Shown here piece after piece: positions 1 through 9,597 of a stretch of DNA of 64,000 bases. The stretch's first letter is position 1. Every line of letters begins with the position of its first letter. Origin of the DNA: an uncultured Spirochaetaceae bacterium. Its GTDB lineage: Bacteria > Spirochaetota > Spirochaetia > Sphaerochaetales > Sphaerochaetaceae. A program made the position numbers and the translations under genes. The stretch spans positions 2,823 through 66,822 of the forward strand of contig CAYZJV010000008.1 in assembly GCA_964478945.1 (NCBI GenBank), written 5' to 3'. The notes beneath the pieces are model-generated. The model was given only the letters and a program-made list of their open reading frames with translations, was not told where the DNA came from and did not search any database.

Positions 1-729
1 AAGGGGTATGAAGTCGATTGAGTCGTATACCTCGTCGTCCTGCTGTTTGTGAAAAGGTTTCAGGTTGTCGGGAATCGTATAGGTCTCGTCCAATATGACA
101 ACACTGGTGATTGCTCCAATATCGATCGTGGTGATCGCAGCCGTGTGTCGAAGTCTTCCAGTCACACTGATGGGATTGCGACCGTCCTCCTCTTCCCTAA
201 ACCCGATGAAGTAGGGGGCGAATTCGGTCTCCTGAACCTCTCCATCCACCACATGCTGGATTCGAACGATCTTTCCCGAGACCCAGCTGTCGATAAGTGA
301 TTCAAGTACGGTGTTGTACTGTCCATTGCGATCCTTCTTCAAATACACCTGTCTATCGATCGATTCGGCGAGACCGATGATGTTGTCGCTTATCTTCGGA
401 GCATATGAGCGCATGTTCATGGCGATCTTCCGTAAACCGGAGGCGAGGTGGGGGTTCTGGAATTCGCTGTTGGTGGCGAGGATTTCAGCCGAAAGGTTGA
501 ATGCCAAGGATTCGTATACACTTAGGGAGATGTTCTCCTCTCCTTCCTTGGGTTGCACCTTGATGAGGTTGTTGTCCTCATAGATGTCGATGTATTGCTT
601 CAATTCATCGATATATCTGCTTATGGTCGAACGATGGACCCCAAGCCGTCTTGCGATCTCGGATCTTCGCAACCCCTCCGGATGCGAATGCAACAACAAA
701 TCCAACTGTGCGACCCTTTCACCTTTCAT
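1..729 (-). CDS. HTH + WYL-domain transcriptional regulator (3' end beyond the window edge)
   Basis: Absent from the ORF track because it has no stop in the window. Hand translation from ATG 729 (RBS GAGAGG): MKGERVAQLDLLLHSHPEGLRRSEIARRLGVHRSTISRYIDEL (HTH)...QNPHLASGLRKIA...SWVSGKIVRIQH...EFAPYFIG...LDETYTIPDNL, which is the YafY/WYL architecture. Confidence 0.8.
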   Translation of the reverse strand, partial: MKGERVAQLDLLLHSHPEGLRRSEIARRLGVHRSTISRYIDELKQYIDIYEDNNLIKVQPKEGEENISLSVYESLAFNLSAEILATNSEFQNPHLASGLRKIAMNMRSYAPKISDNIIGLAESIDRQVYLKKDRNGQYNTVLESLIDSWVSGKIVRIQHVVDGEVQETEFAPYFIGFREEEDGRNPISVTGRLRHTAAITTIDIGAITSVVILDETYTIPDNLKPFHKQQDDEVYDSIDFIPL

Positions 730-774
730 CTGCGTTAATCCTCTCGTCTGCACCAAATTGCAACAATACAGTTC

Positions 775-802
775 AGTATAGCATGGATTTGAGGTTAGAC
801 AA
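775..802 (-). promoter_or_regulatory. sigma70-like promoter of the WYL gene
   Basis: TTGTCT(802-797)-16 nt-TATACT(780-775), with an extended -10 TG. Confidence 0.5.
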
Positions 803-824
803 GGAAATTGTGTTGCAAATCATG

Positions 825-853
825 TTGCAAAAAGAAGTATCGAAGCATACAAT
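825..853 (+). promoter_or_regulatory. sigma70-like promoter of slyX (probably leaderless)
   Basis: TTGCAA(825-830)-17 nt-TACAAT(848-853); ATG at 859; no SD. Confidence 0.55.
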
Positions 854-858
854 CTGGC

Positions 859-1056
859 ATGGATGAACGATTGACCTTGGTTGAGACGAAGCTTGCGTAC
901 TTGGAAGACATGGTGATGACACTGAACGATCTTGTGATCAAGCAGCAGAAGGAACTGGAACTGCTGCGTATCACAAAGGACCGGCTTGAGAGTCGGATCG
1001 CGGAGCTCTCCGAGATGGCTCCGGATATTCCCCAACGACGGCCTCCCCACTATTGA
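859..1056 (+). CDS. slyX: SlyX family protein
   Basis: MDERLTLVETKLAYLED...LNDLVIKQQKEL coiled coil ending in the diagnostic PPHY. Confidence 0.9.
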   Translation: MDERLTLVETKLAYLEDMVMTLNDLVIKQQKELELLRITKDRLESRIAELSEMAPDIPQRRPPHY

Positions 1057-1853
1057 AGTCGGTTGCGGTCTGTCCAAGTGGTTGAAGCCACGCAAACCTG
1101 TTGTCTCTCCCCCTCCTTGGATATCCTTACCACCTCATGGAACAAAACGGGTTGTTCATCGTTGAACACACTCTCGGACTTTACTCCCGTATGGACCAGA
1201 AGCGTATCGTCCCGGAAGGTCTGTGCAAGATAGGAGATGTCCACTTCTGTGGCCAGATGGGTATCACGGAAGGTGAATGGCAATGAATCGAGCATCCATT
1301 CGAGATACCTGACATTGTTGACATGCCGGTTGAAATCACAATCTGTATAGAGGATTTTCGGTTCATGGGCGATAATCTGTTCGAACATGCCGGCTTCGAA
1401 CACGACCCTCTTTCCCAAATCTGGATCGACTGTTTCCTCGGTATCGACTATTTCGAAACGATCCGATATTGAGGTCGGTTTCACCGGACGCTGTCGTTCA
1501 AGGTCCATCACCACCCAATGGCTCAATGATTCGAACAAGGCCGTTCCTTCGTGATCGAATAGGCGGCATACCCTGGGGAAATAGAGTTTCCATGGTTGCT
1601 GTGGCCATGTTCGCACCTGCAGTGTATTGGGCCAAGTGACATAATGTGCGATCCGCATCCTTGTTCTTGTGACTACCCAGGTCAGGCCTTCCTTTTGCAG
1701 GTGGGGAATACTGAGTCCCCTATGGTAGGCGTGTGCTCCGGCAGCCTCCTGCATGACTCTGAAATAGTAGGCCGTATGGGCATGGTAAAAAGGATCGACT
1801 TCGTAGCTGTCGAGTTGCAAGTCATCCGTGTAGATACCGTTGGTGATGTTCAT
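1050..1853 (-). CDS. Acyl-ACP thioesterase (FatA/FatB-like double hot-dog)
   Basis: MQEAAGAH, WVVTRTRMRI and DCDFNRHVNNVRYLEW motifs. Confidence 0.85.
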   Translation of the reverse strand: MNITNGIYTDDLQLDSYEVDPFYHAHTAYYFRVMQEAAGAHAYHRGLSIPHLQKEGLTWVVTRTRMRIAHYVTWPNTLQVRTWPQQPWKLYFPRVCRLFDHEGTALFESLSHWVVMDLERQRPVKPTSISDRFEIVDTEETVDPDLGKRVVFEAGMFEQIIAHEPKILYTDCDFNRHVNNVRYLEWMLDSLPFTFRDTHLATEVDISYLAQTFRDDTLLVHTGVKSESVFNDEQPVLFHEVVRISKEGERQQVCVASTTWTDRNRLQ

Positions 1854-2398
1854 GATGTGACTTCCGTCTCCTTGTAGAATCGTAGTAGGGAACGGCCGTA
1901 TTTCCGCTCATCGATGAATCGCAGACTACCGAATTGCGTCGGCCAGAGTGTTTGTTCCTCGGCGGGATAGTGGATGATGAAGAGTCCTTCGGGTTCCAAT
2001 ATCGTATGATCGGCGACCAGTTGTGCGATCTTCTGTTTTCCCTTCATGGGGAAGGGGGGATCGGCATAGATGATGTCATAACGTCTCTTCGCTTGGGGGA
2101 GAAACCGCAATACGTTTGCCACGAACAATTTGATGTCGGATTCCACGAAAGAGATGTTGCCGAGTATCGTCTTTCGTTTCCCTCCGTCCATCTCCACCAG
2201 ATGCACAGGTTCAGCGCCTCGTGAAGCCGCCTCTATACCCACCAGACCACTTCCACTGAAAAGGTCGAGGAACGACTGGTGGGAGATATTGCCAAGTATG
2301 GAAAAGAGTGATTCCCGCATTCTATCCATTGCGGGACGTATTTCTCCAGGAGGACAGGTGATGACCCTGCCACGATAGAGGCCTCCGGTTATTCTCAT
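1850..2398 (-). CDS. rsmD: 16S rRNA (guanine(966)-N2)-methyltransferase RsmD
   Basis: MRITGG..RGR, RPAMDRMRESLF, LDLFSGSG, DPPF. Confidence 0.92.
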   Translation of the reverse strand: MRITGGLYRGRVITCPPGEIRPAMDRMRESLFSILGNISHQSFLDLFSGSGLVGIEAASRGAEPVHLVEMDGGKRKTILGNISFVESDIKLFVANVLRFLPQAKRRYDIIYADPPFPMKGKQKIAQLVADHTILEPEGLFIIHYPAEEQTLWPTQFGSLRFIDERKYGRSLLRFYKETEVTS

Positions 2399-2442
2399 GT
2401 GTCCACCATACGGTGTTGGAAAGATAATTGCAATCAGGTTGG

Positions 2443-4533
2443 TCAGTTCTCGATGGTCTTGTCTTCGAATGGAGGTGCTTTGAGGAGTACTTCCCGGATT
2501 GTGGTGTTGGAGAGGGACACGAGTCCGGGATCGGATGAAAGCAGGAGGTCCACTTCCTTCTTGGCCTTCTCGATTTGCTCGAAGTCTTCGGTGAGACTTG
2601 CGAATCTGAGTTTCAGGAAACCCGATTGTCGGGTTCCCGCGACTTCCCCCGGTCCCCTGATGAGAAGATCCTGTTCGGCGATATGGAATCCATCATTGGA
2701 TTCTTTCATCACCTTGAGTCGTTTCCTTGCATCGTCACCAAGATTCGGTTCATAGACTAGGAAACAATACGATTGCAGGGTGCTTCTTCCCACACGTCCC
2801 CTCAGCTGATGGAGTGCCGATAGCCCGAATCGCTCAGCGTGTTCTATCACCATGCAGGTGGCGTTGGGCACATCGATTCCCACTTCCACCACACTTGTGG
2901 AAACCAGGTATGCCAATTCCTTGTTCCTGAATCGTTTGAGTATGGAAACCTTCTCCTCTTCGGGAAGCCTGCTGTGGATCAAGGCGGAGGGGATTCCCGG
3001 ATACATCCGTTCGGAAAGGAGTGTGTACATTGTTTGGACATCACGGAGTGTCGACTCTCCCTTGTCGTCGATTCTGGGATAGACGAAATAGGCTTGGTGG
3101 CCACGGGAGAATTCGACTCCGATGGCCGCATACATCCGCTGGCGGCTCTCATTCGCCACAAGATAGGTGGTGATCGGCAAGCGGCCCTCGGGCATGGTTC
3201 GAATCGTGGAAATATTGAGATCTCCGAATACCGTCAAGGCAAGGGTCCTGGGTATCGGGGTGGCTGTCATCATCAACACATCGGGAGATCTTCCCTTCTG
3301 AAGCAACGATACCCGTTGCACCACTCCGAAACGATGCTGTTCGTCTATGATGATATATCGCAGGTGTTTGAATTCGACTTCATTCGAAAAGAGGGCATGG
3401 GTTCCGATGATAATGTCGATTTCACCATGCGACAATGCCGCAAGCAAGAGTTGCCGTGATTTTCCCGTCACCGAACCGGTAAGGAATGCCAGTCTGATTC
3501 CAAGTGGTTCGAGCCATTCGGCGGCTTTTTCCGCATGTTGCCTCGCCAAGAGCTCGGTAGGTGCCATAAAGGCCACCTGTCCACCCGTTTGTATGACCTG
3601 CAGTGCGGATATCCATGCGACAAGTGTTTTTCCGGAACCCACATCACCTTGGAGCAGCCGGTTCATGGAATCGGATTGCCCAATCTCAACCGAGATTTCG
3701 TCCAATACGGTCTGTTGGTCCCTGGTGAGTGAAAATGGAAGTTGGGCTATGAACCGCTTCTGTAGTTCCGACAGGCGTATCGAGGGAATTGGTTGCTTCG
3801 TTTCCTTGATTCCATTTCTTCTTCTACTCATCAGCAACAGGTAGAACAATTCCATGAATCCCAGGGTTCTTTGTGCTTCCGTCGCCTTCTCAAGGTTGGG
3901 CGGATGGTGGAGGTTTCGAATCGCTTCGTCGGTTGTCATCAGGTTGTGCCGATTCATGATCTCCTGTGGCAATTCATCGGCGAAATTGCGATGGAGAGCG
4001 AGTACGGAGGAGACGTCTCTTCTGATGATCCTTTGTGTCAGTTCACCGCTTAGAGGATAGATTGAAAGTAATGTTCCGAAATTTCCAGGCATCGAGCCAT
4101 CTGCACGCAATGGCAACATTTCGAACTGGCTGCTCTGCAACTCATGGAAATTGTGTTGGAACTGGCCATACAGATAATAGTGTGAGCCGGTGTGGAATAC
4201 GCGCTCGAGAAAATTTCGGCCGAAACAGAGCAAGGCGGCCTTTCCATCGCCTTCTCCGCTCACGTCGCGAACAATGACCTTCAATGTTCGTTTTTTTCCA
4301 CCTCCGAAATATCCTTTGGAGATCACCTCCACCAGTGTGTTTGCGGTCTGTCCATCCTGGAGATTGCCCAGCGGAACCAAACGGGAACGATCCTCATAGG
4401 ACCGTGGAGAGAGCAACAATAGATCGCCAAGCGTGAAAACGGAGAGGTTCGCATAGTTCTCACCAAGACGTTTGCCTACTCCTTTGAGTGTGGTGACAGG
4501 ATCGGTCAACTCCCGAATGAACACCGGATGCAC
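2443..4533 (-). CDS. recG: ATP-dependent DNA helicase RecG
   Basis: LLQGDVGSGKT, MAPTELLARQH, DEQHRFG, MTATPIPRTL, QLRGRVGR and the TRG motif. Confidence 0.97.
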   Translation of the reverse strand: MHPVFIRELTDPVTTLKGVGKRLGENYANLSVFTLGDLLLLSPRSYEDRSRLVPLGNLQDGQTANTLVEVISKGYFGGGKKRTLKVIVRDVSGEGDGKAALLCFGRNFLERVFHTGSHYYLYGQFQHNFHELQSSQFEMLPLRADGSMPGNFGTLLSIYPLSGELTQRIIRRDVSSVLALHRNFADELPQEIMNRHNLMTTDEAIRNLHHPPNLEKATEAQRTLGFMELFYLLLMSRRRNGIKETKQPIPSIRLSELQKRFIAQLPFSLTRDQQTVLDEISVEIGQSDSMNRLLQGDVGSGKTLVAWISALQVIQTGGQVAFMAPTELLARQHAEKAAEWLEPLGIRLAFLTGSVTGKSRQLLLAALSHGEIDIIIGTHALFSNEVEFKHLRYIIIDEQHRFGVVQRVSLLQKGRSPDVLMMTATPIPRTLALTVFGDLNISTIRTMPEGRLPITTYLVANESRQRMYAAIGVEFSRGHQAYFVYPRIDDKGESTLRDVQTMYTLLSERMYPGIPSALIHSRLPEEEKVSILKRFRNKELAYLVSTSVVEVGIDVPNATCMVIEHAERFGLSALHQLRGRVGRSTLQSYCFLVYEPNLGDDARKRLKVMKESNDGFHIAEQDLLIRGPGEVAGTRQSGFLKLRFASLTEDFEQIEKAKKEVDLLLSSDPGLVSLSNTTIREVLLKAPPFEDKTIEN

Positions 4534-5136
4534 CTAGAATGGGAGGTTCGCCAACCATTGGACAAGAAGATTCACCAGTATCGCAACAGCAATATAGACG
4601 GCTATCGTGAATATCAGGGTAGTCCAGAGCAGGACCCTGTCGGAGACCTCCTTTCCTTTGAAGAACATGCCGTGGACGGTATCCAAGGGTCTTCTCAACC
4701 ACATCTCCAACATCGAGATGTATTGGATTGAGTTGGGAGTCCTCCTATAGGAGAAAAAGAGTCTCGCACCCACCAGTACGGCGAAGATTCCTATGATGAG
4801 GGAACCTATCGACCACCACAGGGATTGTACTATGGTGGCGAGCATATACCCGAGCGATATCTCTCCGGTATAGGCGAATGTCTGTAAAATCCTTTGTACG
4901 ATATTGATTACGATGAATGCCACGATGGGGGTGAAGTCGACTCTTCCACGACGGAGAAAGGAGATTCCCTTGAATAGATTGAGATAAGGATCGACGATCT
5001 TGGCCAAAATGCTTGAAAATCCCCCATCCGTTCCCTGTGGTCGTATCGGGTTGAACCATTGGAGAATGATTCTGATGATGATGAGCATGTTGTAGATCGA
5101 CAACAATACCGATAACAGTCGTGCAAATTCCCTCAT
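4534..5136 (-). CDS. YggT family membrane protein
   Basis: IRIILQWF...IVDPYLNLF...DFTPIVA YggT repeat; hydrophobic. Confidence 0.85.
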   Translation of the reverse strand: MREFARLLSVLLSIYNMLIIIRIILQWFNPIRPQGTDGGFSSILAKIVDPYLNLFKGISFLRRGRVDFTPIVAFIVINIVQRILQTFAYTGEISLGYMLATIVQSLWWSIGSLIIGIFAVLVGARLFFSYRRTPNSIQYISMLEMWLRRPLDTVHGMFFKGKEVSDRVLLWTTLIFTIAVYIAVAILVNLLVQWLANLPF

Positions 5137-5152
5137 ATGTGCACCTCCCTCC

Positions 5153-8100
5153 TTAGTTGAACCAAATGTCGGAGACGGCTTGGTGTGTCTTCAATGATGC
5201 GATGAATTCATCGCTGTAGGCAACCGAGAATTCCCTTCCGGCCCTGATGGCGGTTTCTTCCTTTGGTGCTCCTTCGGGTTGGTCTTCTCCAGGTTCTTCC
5301 TCGATGGAATTGTCTTCGATCAAATGGATCATGAGCGTACAATTGCCCCGATAGGTGATACAAGTGTCCACAATATTTCGCAAGGTGGTCTGGGTACACA
5401 GGTCCTTCACCAGCACCATATGTGCTTCACGTATGGCTTGTGGTTCCAGACTTTCGGGATCCACCACCGATTCGAGCACGTATGAGAGCTTGTCCTGCCT
5501 CTCTTCGAGTTTTCCCTTGAATCCATAGATGCCATCCGCCCGGACCGTCGCTTCGCACTCTTTCCACACCTTGGGAAAAGCCACCGCTTCGACCGATCCG
5601 TTGAAATCACTCAATTGCAAAAAGGCCATCCTATCCCCTGCACCACCTTTGGTGGTGATTTCCCGTAGTCCGGTCACCATTGCCACAAGGTTGACGGGCC
5701 TGCTGAGCGGGAGTCGGTCGGGTTGTCCCAAATCGACGGTAACCGATCTTTTCCATACATCCCTATACATGTCCATAGGGTGGCCGGAGACATAAAAGCC
5801 GAGAAGATCCTTCTCAATCTCCAATTTCTCCAACAAGGTGGAGTCGGGCAACATATCCATCTCGAAGGTTTCCATGGCAGCTTCTTCCTCGGCATCGAAC
5901 AGGGACGCTTGTCCGAACGCTTCGCTTTCCTTCCTCTTCTGGACATATTTCAACGCCGATTCCATGTTTGCCATCAACGTGGGTCGGTTGTCTCCCAATC
6001 CGTCGAATGCTCCCGATTGGATCAAGGATTCCAGCAACTTCGAGTTGAGTGCCCTAGACTCGCTTCTGTAGAGGAAGTCGAGGAAATTGAGGTAGGGACC
6101 GTTTTGGTTCCTCTCCCTCAGGATACTCTCGACCGCAGCTTCACCCACGTGTTTGATTCCTTGCAAGCCATATACGATTTTTCCGTCCACCACGGTGAAA
6201 TGCTTATCCGATTTGTTGATCGAAGGTGGCGTGATTTCAAGCCCCATCCGTTTGGTTTCATCGAGATACTGGGCGAATTTGTCGGGACTGTTGATTTCAT
6301 TGGTAAGGTTTGCAGCCATGAATTCGGCTGGAAAGTTGGCCTTCAAGTATGCGGTATGATAGGCGACCACGGAGTAGGCTGCGGCATGGGATTTGTTGAA
6401 TCCATACCCTGCGAATGGAAGGAGCATCTCAAATATTCCTTCCGCGACTTCTTTCGAATATCCTTTGTTTGCAGCCCCTTGGATGAAGTTCTTCTTTTCC
6501 TTCTCCATCACTTCAGCCTTCTTCTTTCCCATCGCACGACGGAGAAGATCGGCATTTCCCATCGAGTACCCTGCGATGGTTTGGGCTACTTTCATCACCT
6601 GCTCCTGGTAGACGATGACTCCATAAGTGGTTTTGAGGGCATCCTCCAGATCGGGATGGTAATACTCGATTGCCTTCCTTCCATTCTTGGAATCGATGAA
6701 TTTGGGGATGTAGGCCATGGGTCCGGGACGGTACAGCGCGTTCAAAGCCACCAGGTCTTCGATTGAATTGGGTTTCGCATCCTTCAGGACCCGCTGCATA
6801 CCTGCGCTTTCAAACTGGAATACACAGGCACTGTCTCCCCTTCCGAGCATTTCGAAGGTGGTTCCGTCCTCTTCGTCGATTTCGGCAACGGAAAAATCGG
6901 GGTGTTTCTTGCGGATCAAATCTTCGGTATGTTTGATCAAGGTGAGCGTTTTGAGGCCAAGAAAATCCATTTTGACCAGACCGCAACCTTCAAGCATATC
7001 CATCGTGTATTGCGTGGAGACCGCTCCAGTCTTGGGATCCCTATACAACGGGACATAATCGGTGAGTACACTTTGTCCGATCACGACACCTGCGGCATGG
7101 GTCGAGGTGTGTCGATTGAATCCTTCCAGTCGTTTCGCCACATCGAACAACTCGGCATACACTCCTCCGCGCTGTTCGAGTTCCTGCAGTTCGGGTGTGA
7201 AGTCTATGGCTCCTTGTACAGTGAGTTTCCTCGGCTTTTTGGTCACTTCGTCCTCGGGCAAGCTGTCGGGGATGAGCCCCACGATGCGTGTCGCTTCCGC
7301 AAAGGGGATGTCCAACACCCGGGCCACATCCTTGATCACCGCCTTCACCTTCAGTGTACCGAAGGTGGCGATCTGCGCAACCCGGTCCGTGCCGTACTTG
7401 GCGGTTACATAGTCGATGACCTCTTGTCTTCTCTCATAACAGAAGTCGATATCGAAATCGGGCATCGAAACACGTTCCGGATTGAGAAACCGTTCGAATA
7501 TGAGGTTGTACTTGATGGGATCGATATCGGTGATGGTCATCGCATAGGCCACAAGGGAGCCTGCTCCGGAACCTCTTCCGGGACCGACAGGAATATCGTG
7601 TTGCTTTGCCCAGAAGATGAAATCCCAGACGATGAGGAAATATCCGGTGAATCCCATGCTTATGATGACATCGAGTTCATAGTCGAGTCTCTTCTGCAAT
7701 TCCTCGGTGATGGTGGGATACCGCTTCTCCAATCCTTGCTGGGCGATATGCCGCAGATAATCATCGGGAGTATCGAATTCAGGTGGAATCCCATAGGCTG
7801 GGAGTAGGGGACCCGGTTGGCTGATGGTGAGGTCACATCGTTGTGCGATGCGGTTCGTATTCTCCAATGCTTCGGGAATCCAATCGAATAGAGCCGCCAT
7901 CTGCTGTTCGCTCTTCATATAGAATTCCTGGGAGTCGAATCGCATGCGGTCCGTATCGTTCTTCTTCTTGTTAGTTCCTATGCAGAGGACGATGTCCTGC
8001 GCATTGGCATCAGATTCCTCAATGTAGTGGATATCATTGGTGGCCACCAAGGGAAGATTCAGTTCCCTGGCCAATTTGACTATCTGTGGATTCACCTGCT

Positions 8101-8653
8101 TTTGTTCAGGCAGTCCGTGGTCCTGAAGCTCAAGATAATATCGCTCGTCATCGAAGACGGATGAATAGAAAGCAGCCCGTTCCTTTGCACCCTCCCAATT
8201 GTTGCCCAACAGGAGTTGGGGAATTTCTCCTGCGAGACATGCGGAAAGGCAAATGAGCCCTTTGTTGTGTTTGACCAACAGTTCGTCACTGATGCGAGGT
8301 TTGTAATAGTATCCTTCGGTGTAGGAAATGGAGTTGAGCAACATGAGGTTCCTGTACCCCTCTTCATTCATTGCCAATAGAACCAGATGATAGTAGCGGC
8401 TGCCACTCATGGTGGTCGATTTCAAGGTATGGGATTCGGGATTCACATAGAATTCACAACCTACGATCGGGGTGATGCCGTTTGCTTTGCACTCTTGGTG
8501 GAACTTGAGTGCACCAAACATGTTTCCATGATCCGTGATCGCAACATGAGTCATTCCAAACTCTTTCGCCTTCTTGATATAGCGATGTATCGGAGCAGCT
8601 CCGTCGAGTAATGAATAGTCGGTATGGTTGTGCAGATGTACGAATCCGGGCAT
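5153..8653 (-). CDS. dnaE: DNA polymerase III alpha subunit
   Basis: FVHLHNHTDYSLLDG PHP start, GRGSGAGS, PDFDIDF, GFNKSH. Start placed at ATG 8653 behind AAGGAG. No intein seen. Confidence 0.98.
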   Translation of the reverse strand: MPGFVHLHNHTDYSLLDGAAPIHRYIKKAKEFGMTHVAITDHGNMFGALKFHQECKANGITPIVGCEFYVNPESHTLKSTTMSGSRYYHLVLLAMNEEGYRNLMLLNSISYTEGYYYKPRISDELLVKHNKGLICLSACLAGEIPQLLLGNNWEGAKERAAFYSSVFDDERYYLELQDHGLPEQKQVNPQIVKLARELNLPLVATNDIHYIEESDANAQDIVLCIGTNKKKNDTDRMRFDSQEFYMKSEQQMAALFDWIPEALENTNRIAQRCDLTISQPGPLLPAYGIPPEFDTPDDYLRHIAQQGLEKRYPTITEELQKRLDYELDVIISMGFTGYFLIVWDFIFWAKQHDIPVGPGRGSGAGSLVAYAMTITDIDPIKYNLIFERFLNPERVSMPDFDIDFCYERRQEVIDYVTAKYGTDRVAQIATFGTLKVKAVIKDVARVLDIPFAEATRIVGLIPDSLPEDEVTKKPRKLTVQGAIDFTPELQELEQRGGVYAELFDVAKRLEGFNRHTSTHAAGVVIGQSVLTDYVPLYRDPKTGAVSTQYTMDMLEGCGLVKMDFLGLKTLTLIKHTEDLIRKKHPDFSVAEIDEEDGTTFEMLGRGDSACVFQFESAGMQRVLKDAKPNSIEDLVALNALYRPGPMAYIPKFIDSKNGRKAIEYYHPDLEDALKTTYGVIVYQEQVMKVAQTIAGYSMGNADLLRRAMGKKKAEVMEKEKKNFIQGAANKGYSKEVAEGIFEMLLPFAGYGFNKSHAAAYSVVAYHTAYLKANFPAEFMAANLTNEINSPDKFAQYLDETKRMGLEITPPSINKSDKHFTVVDGKIVYGLQGIKHVGEAAVESILRERNQNGPYLNFLDFLYRSESRALNSKLLESLIQSGAFDGLGDNRPTLMANMESALKYVQKRKESEAFGQASLFDAEEEAAMETFEMDMLPDSTLLEKLEIEKDLLGFYVSGHPMDMYRDVWKRSVTVDLGQPDRLPLSRPVNLVAMVTGLREITTKGGAGDRMAFLQLSDFNGSVEAVAFPKVWKECEATVRADGIYGFKGKLEERQDKLSYVLESVVDPESLEPQAIREAHMVLVKDLCTQTTLRNIVDTCITYRGNCTLMIHLIEDNSIEEEPGEDQPEGAPKEETAIRAGREFSVAYSDEFIASLKTHQAVSDIWFN

Positions 8654-8706
8654 GCAGATCTCCTTGGTGGAGCCCATTGTACCATAAGGCGAAATTAATT
8701 CGTAGC

Positions 8707-9597
8707 CTATCGTTCGGAGAGACTTTGGGCATTCAATTCATGCATTGCCGACTCCACGAAGCCTCTGGCCCGTTCGAGTTGAATGGGTGGAATCTCATGT
8801 TCCGTGGAAGCCAGTACTTCTTCCATGACGCTTCTCACCACCCGTTCTATCTGGGATGAGGAAAGGGGCAATAGTGTTCCGTGCATCATCATGTCGAGCT
8901 CTTGCGGAACGAGCAACAGTGATGTGGGAAATCCCACACATAATCTGAAGCGGTTGATCACCGCTTGGTTGTAGAAGCAGGCGAAGGAGAGAAACACGGT
9001 TTCATGGGGATTTGCCAGTGGATTCGTTGGTGAGATGAAATAGGAGAAATTTTCCCTCTCGAAGCCCAATCGTATTCGTGTGACCACTTCATTCCGTTTC
9101 AATTGCAGTCGTCCCTGCCGATCATAGAGTCGTCCCATGTCGAGCCACTTGGTCTCTGTTTTGGGTCCCAGGCAGGTTTTTGTCTCCACTTCAGCCTGCA
9201 ATGCCAAGAGGGAACAGGGCAACGACAAGCGGAGGTCCCTGGTGCAGATGGCGCCTCCTGTGGTCATCTGTCTTCTCACGATCATTGTCCCCGAACGTTC
9301 CAGAGTCGTGTGGAGCAGTCCCGGCAAGACTTGTTTTCCCACAGTGAGCAATTGTTCGAAAGTGACCATCGAACCGATCTCAAGAAAGCGGTCGGTCCTA
9401 TTGATCCGTTTGAGCTCGGGAACTTCGGCGAGATAGATGATGTCGTTGCTGTCTTTGGTGGGATAATAGTCGGGACGACTCATGATATAGGTACCGCCAG
9501 CCCAGAATGTCGCATTGGGAAAGCGGGTGGAGGCCGATATCAGATCATTCATTGTTTTCGGGATATGGACCGCGGGTGACCTAATACCTTCGTACAC
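8707..9597 (-). CDS. Xanthine dehydrogenase-family FAD-binding (CoxM-like) subunit, divergent
   Basis: WAGGT and RRQMTTGGAI resemble the AGGT and RNxATxGGN FAD motifs. GTG start at 9597 after GGAGGA. Confidence 0.75.
   Translation of the reverse strand: MYEGIRSPAVHIPKTMNDLISASTRFPNATFWAGGTYIMSRPDYYPTKDSNDIIYLAEVPELKRINRTDRFLEIGSMVTFEQLLTVGKQVLPGLLHTTLERSGTMIVRRQMTTGGAICTRDLRLSLPCSLLALQAEVETKTCLGPKTETKWLDMGRLYDRQGRLQLKRNEVVTRIRLGFERENFSYFISPTNPLANPHETVFLSFACFYNQAVINRFRLCVGFPTSLLLVPQELDMMMHGTLLPLSSSQIERVVRSVMEEVLASTEHEIPPIQLERARGFVESAMHELNAQSLSER

Noticed and set aside
5153-8653. Intein or split in dnaE
   Set aside because: Length is normal and there are no intein motifs; only short acidic or basic loops.
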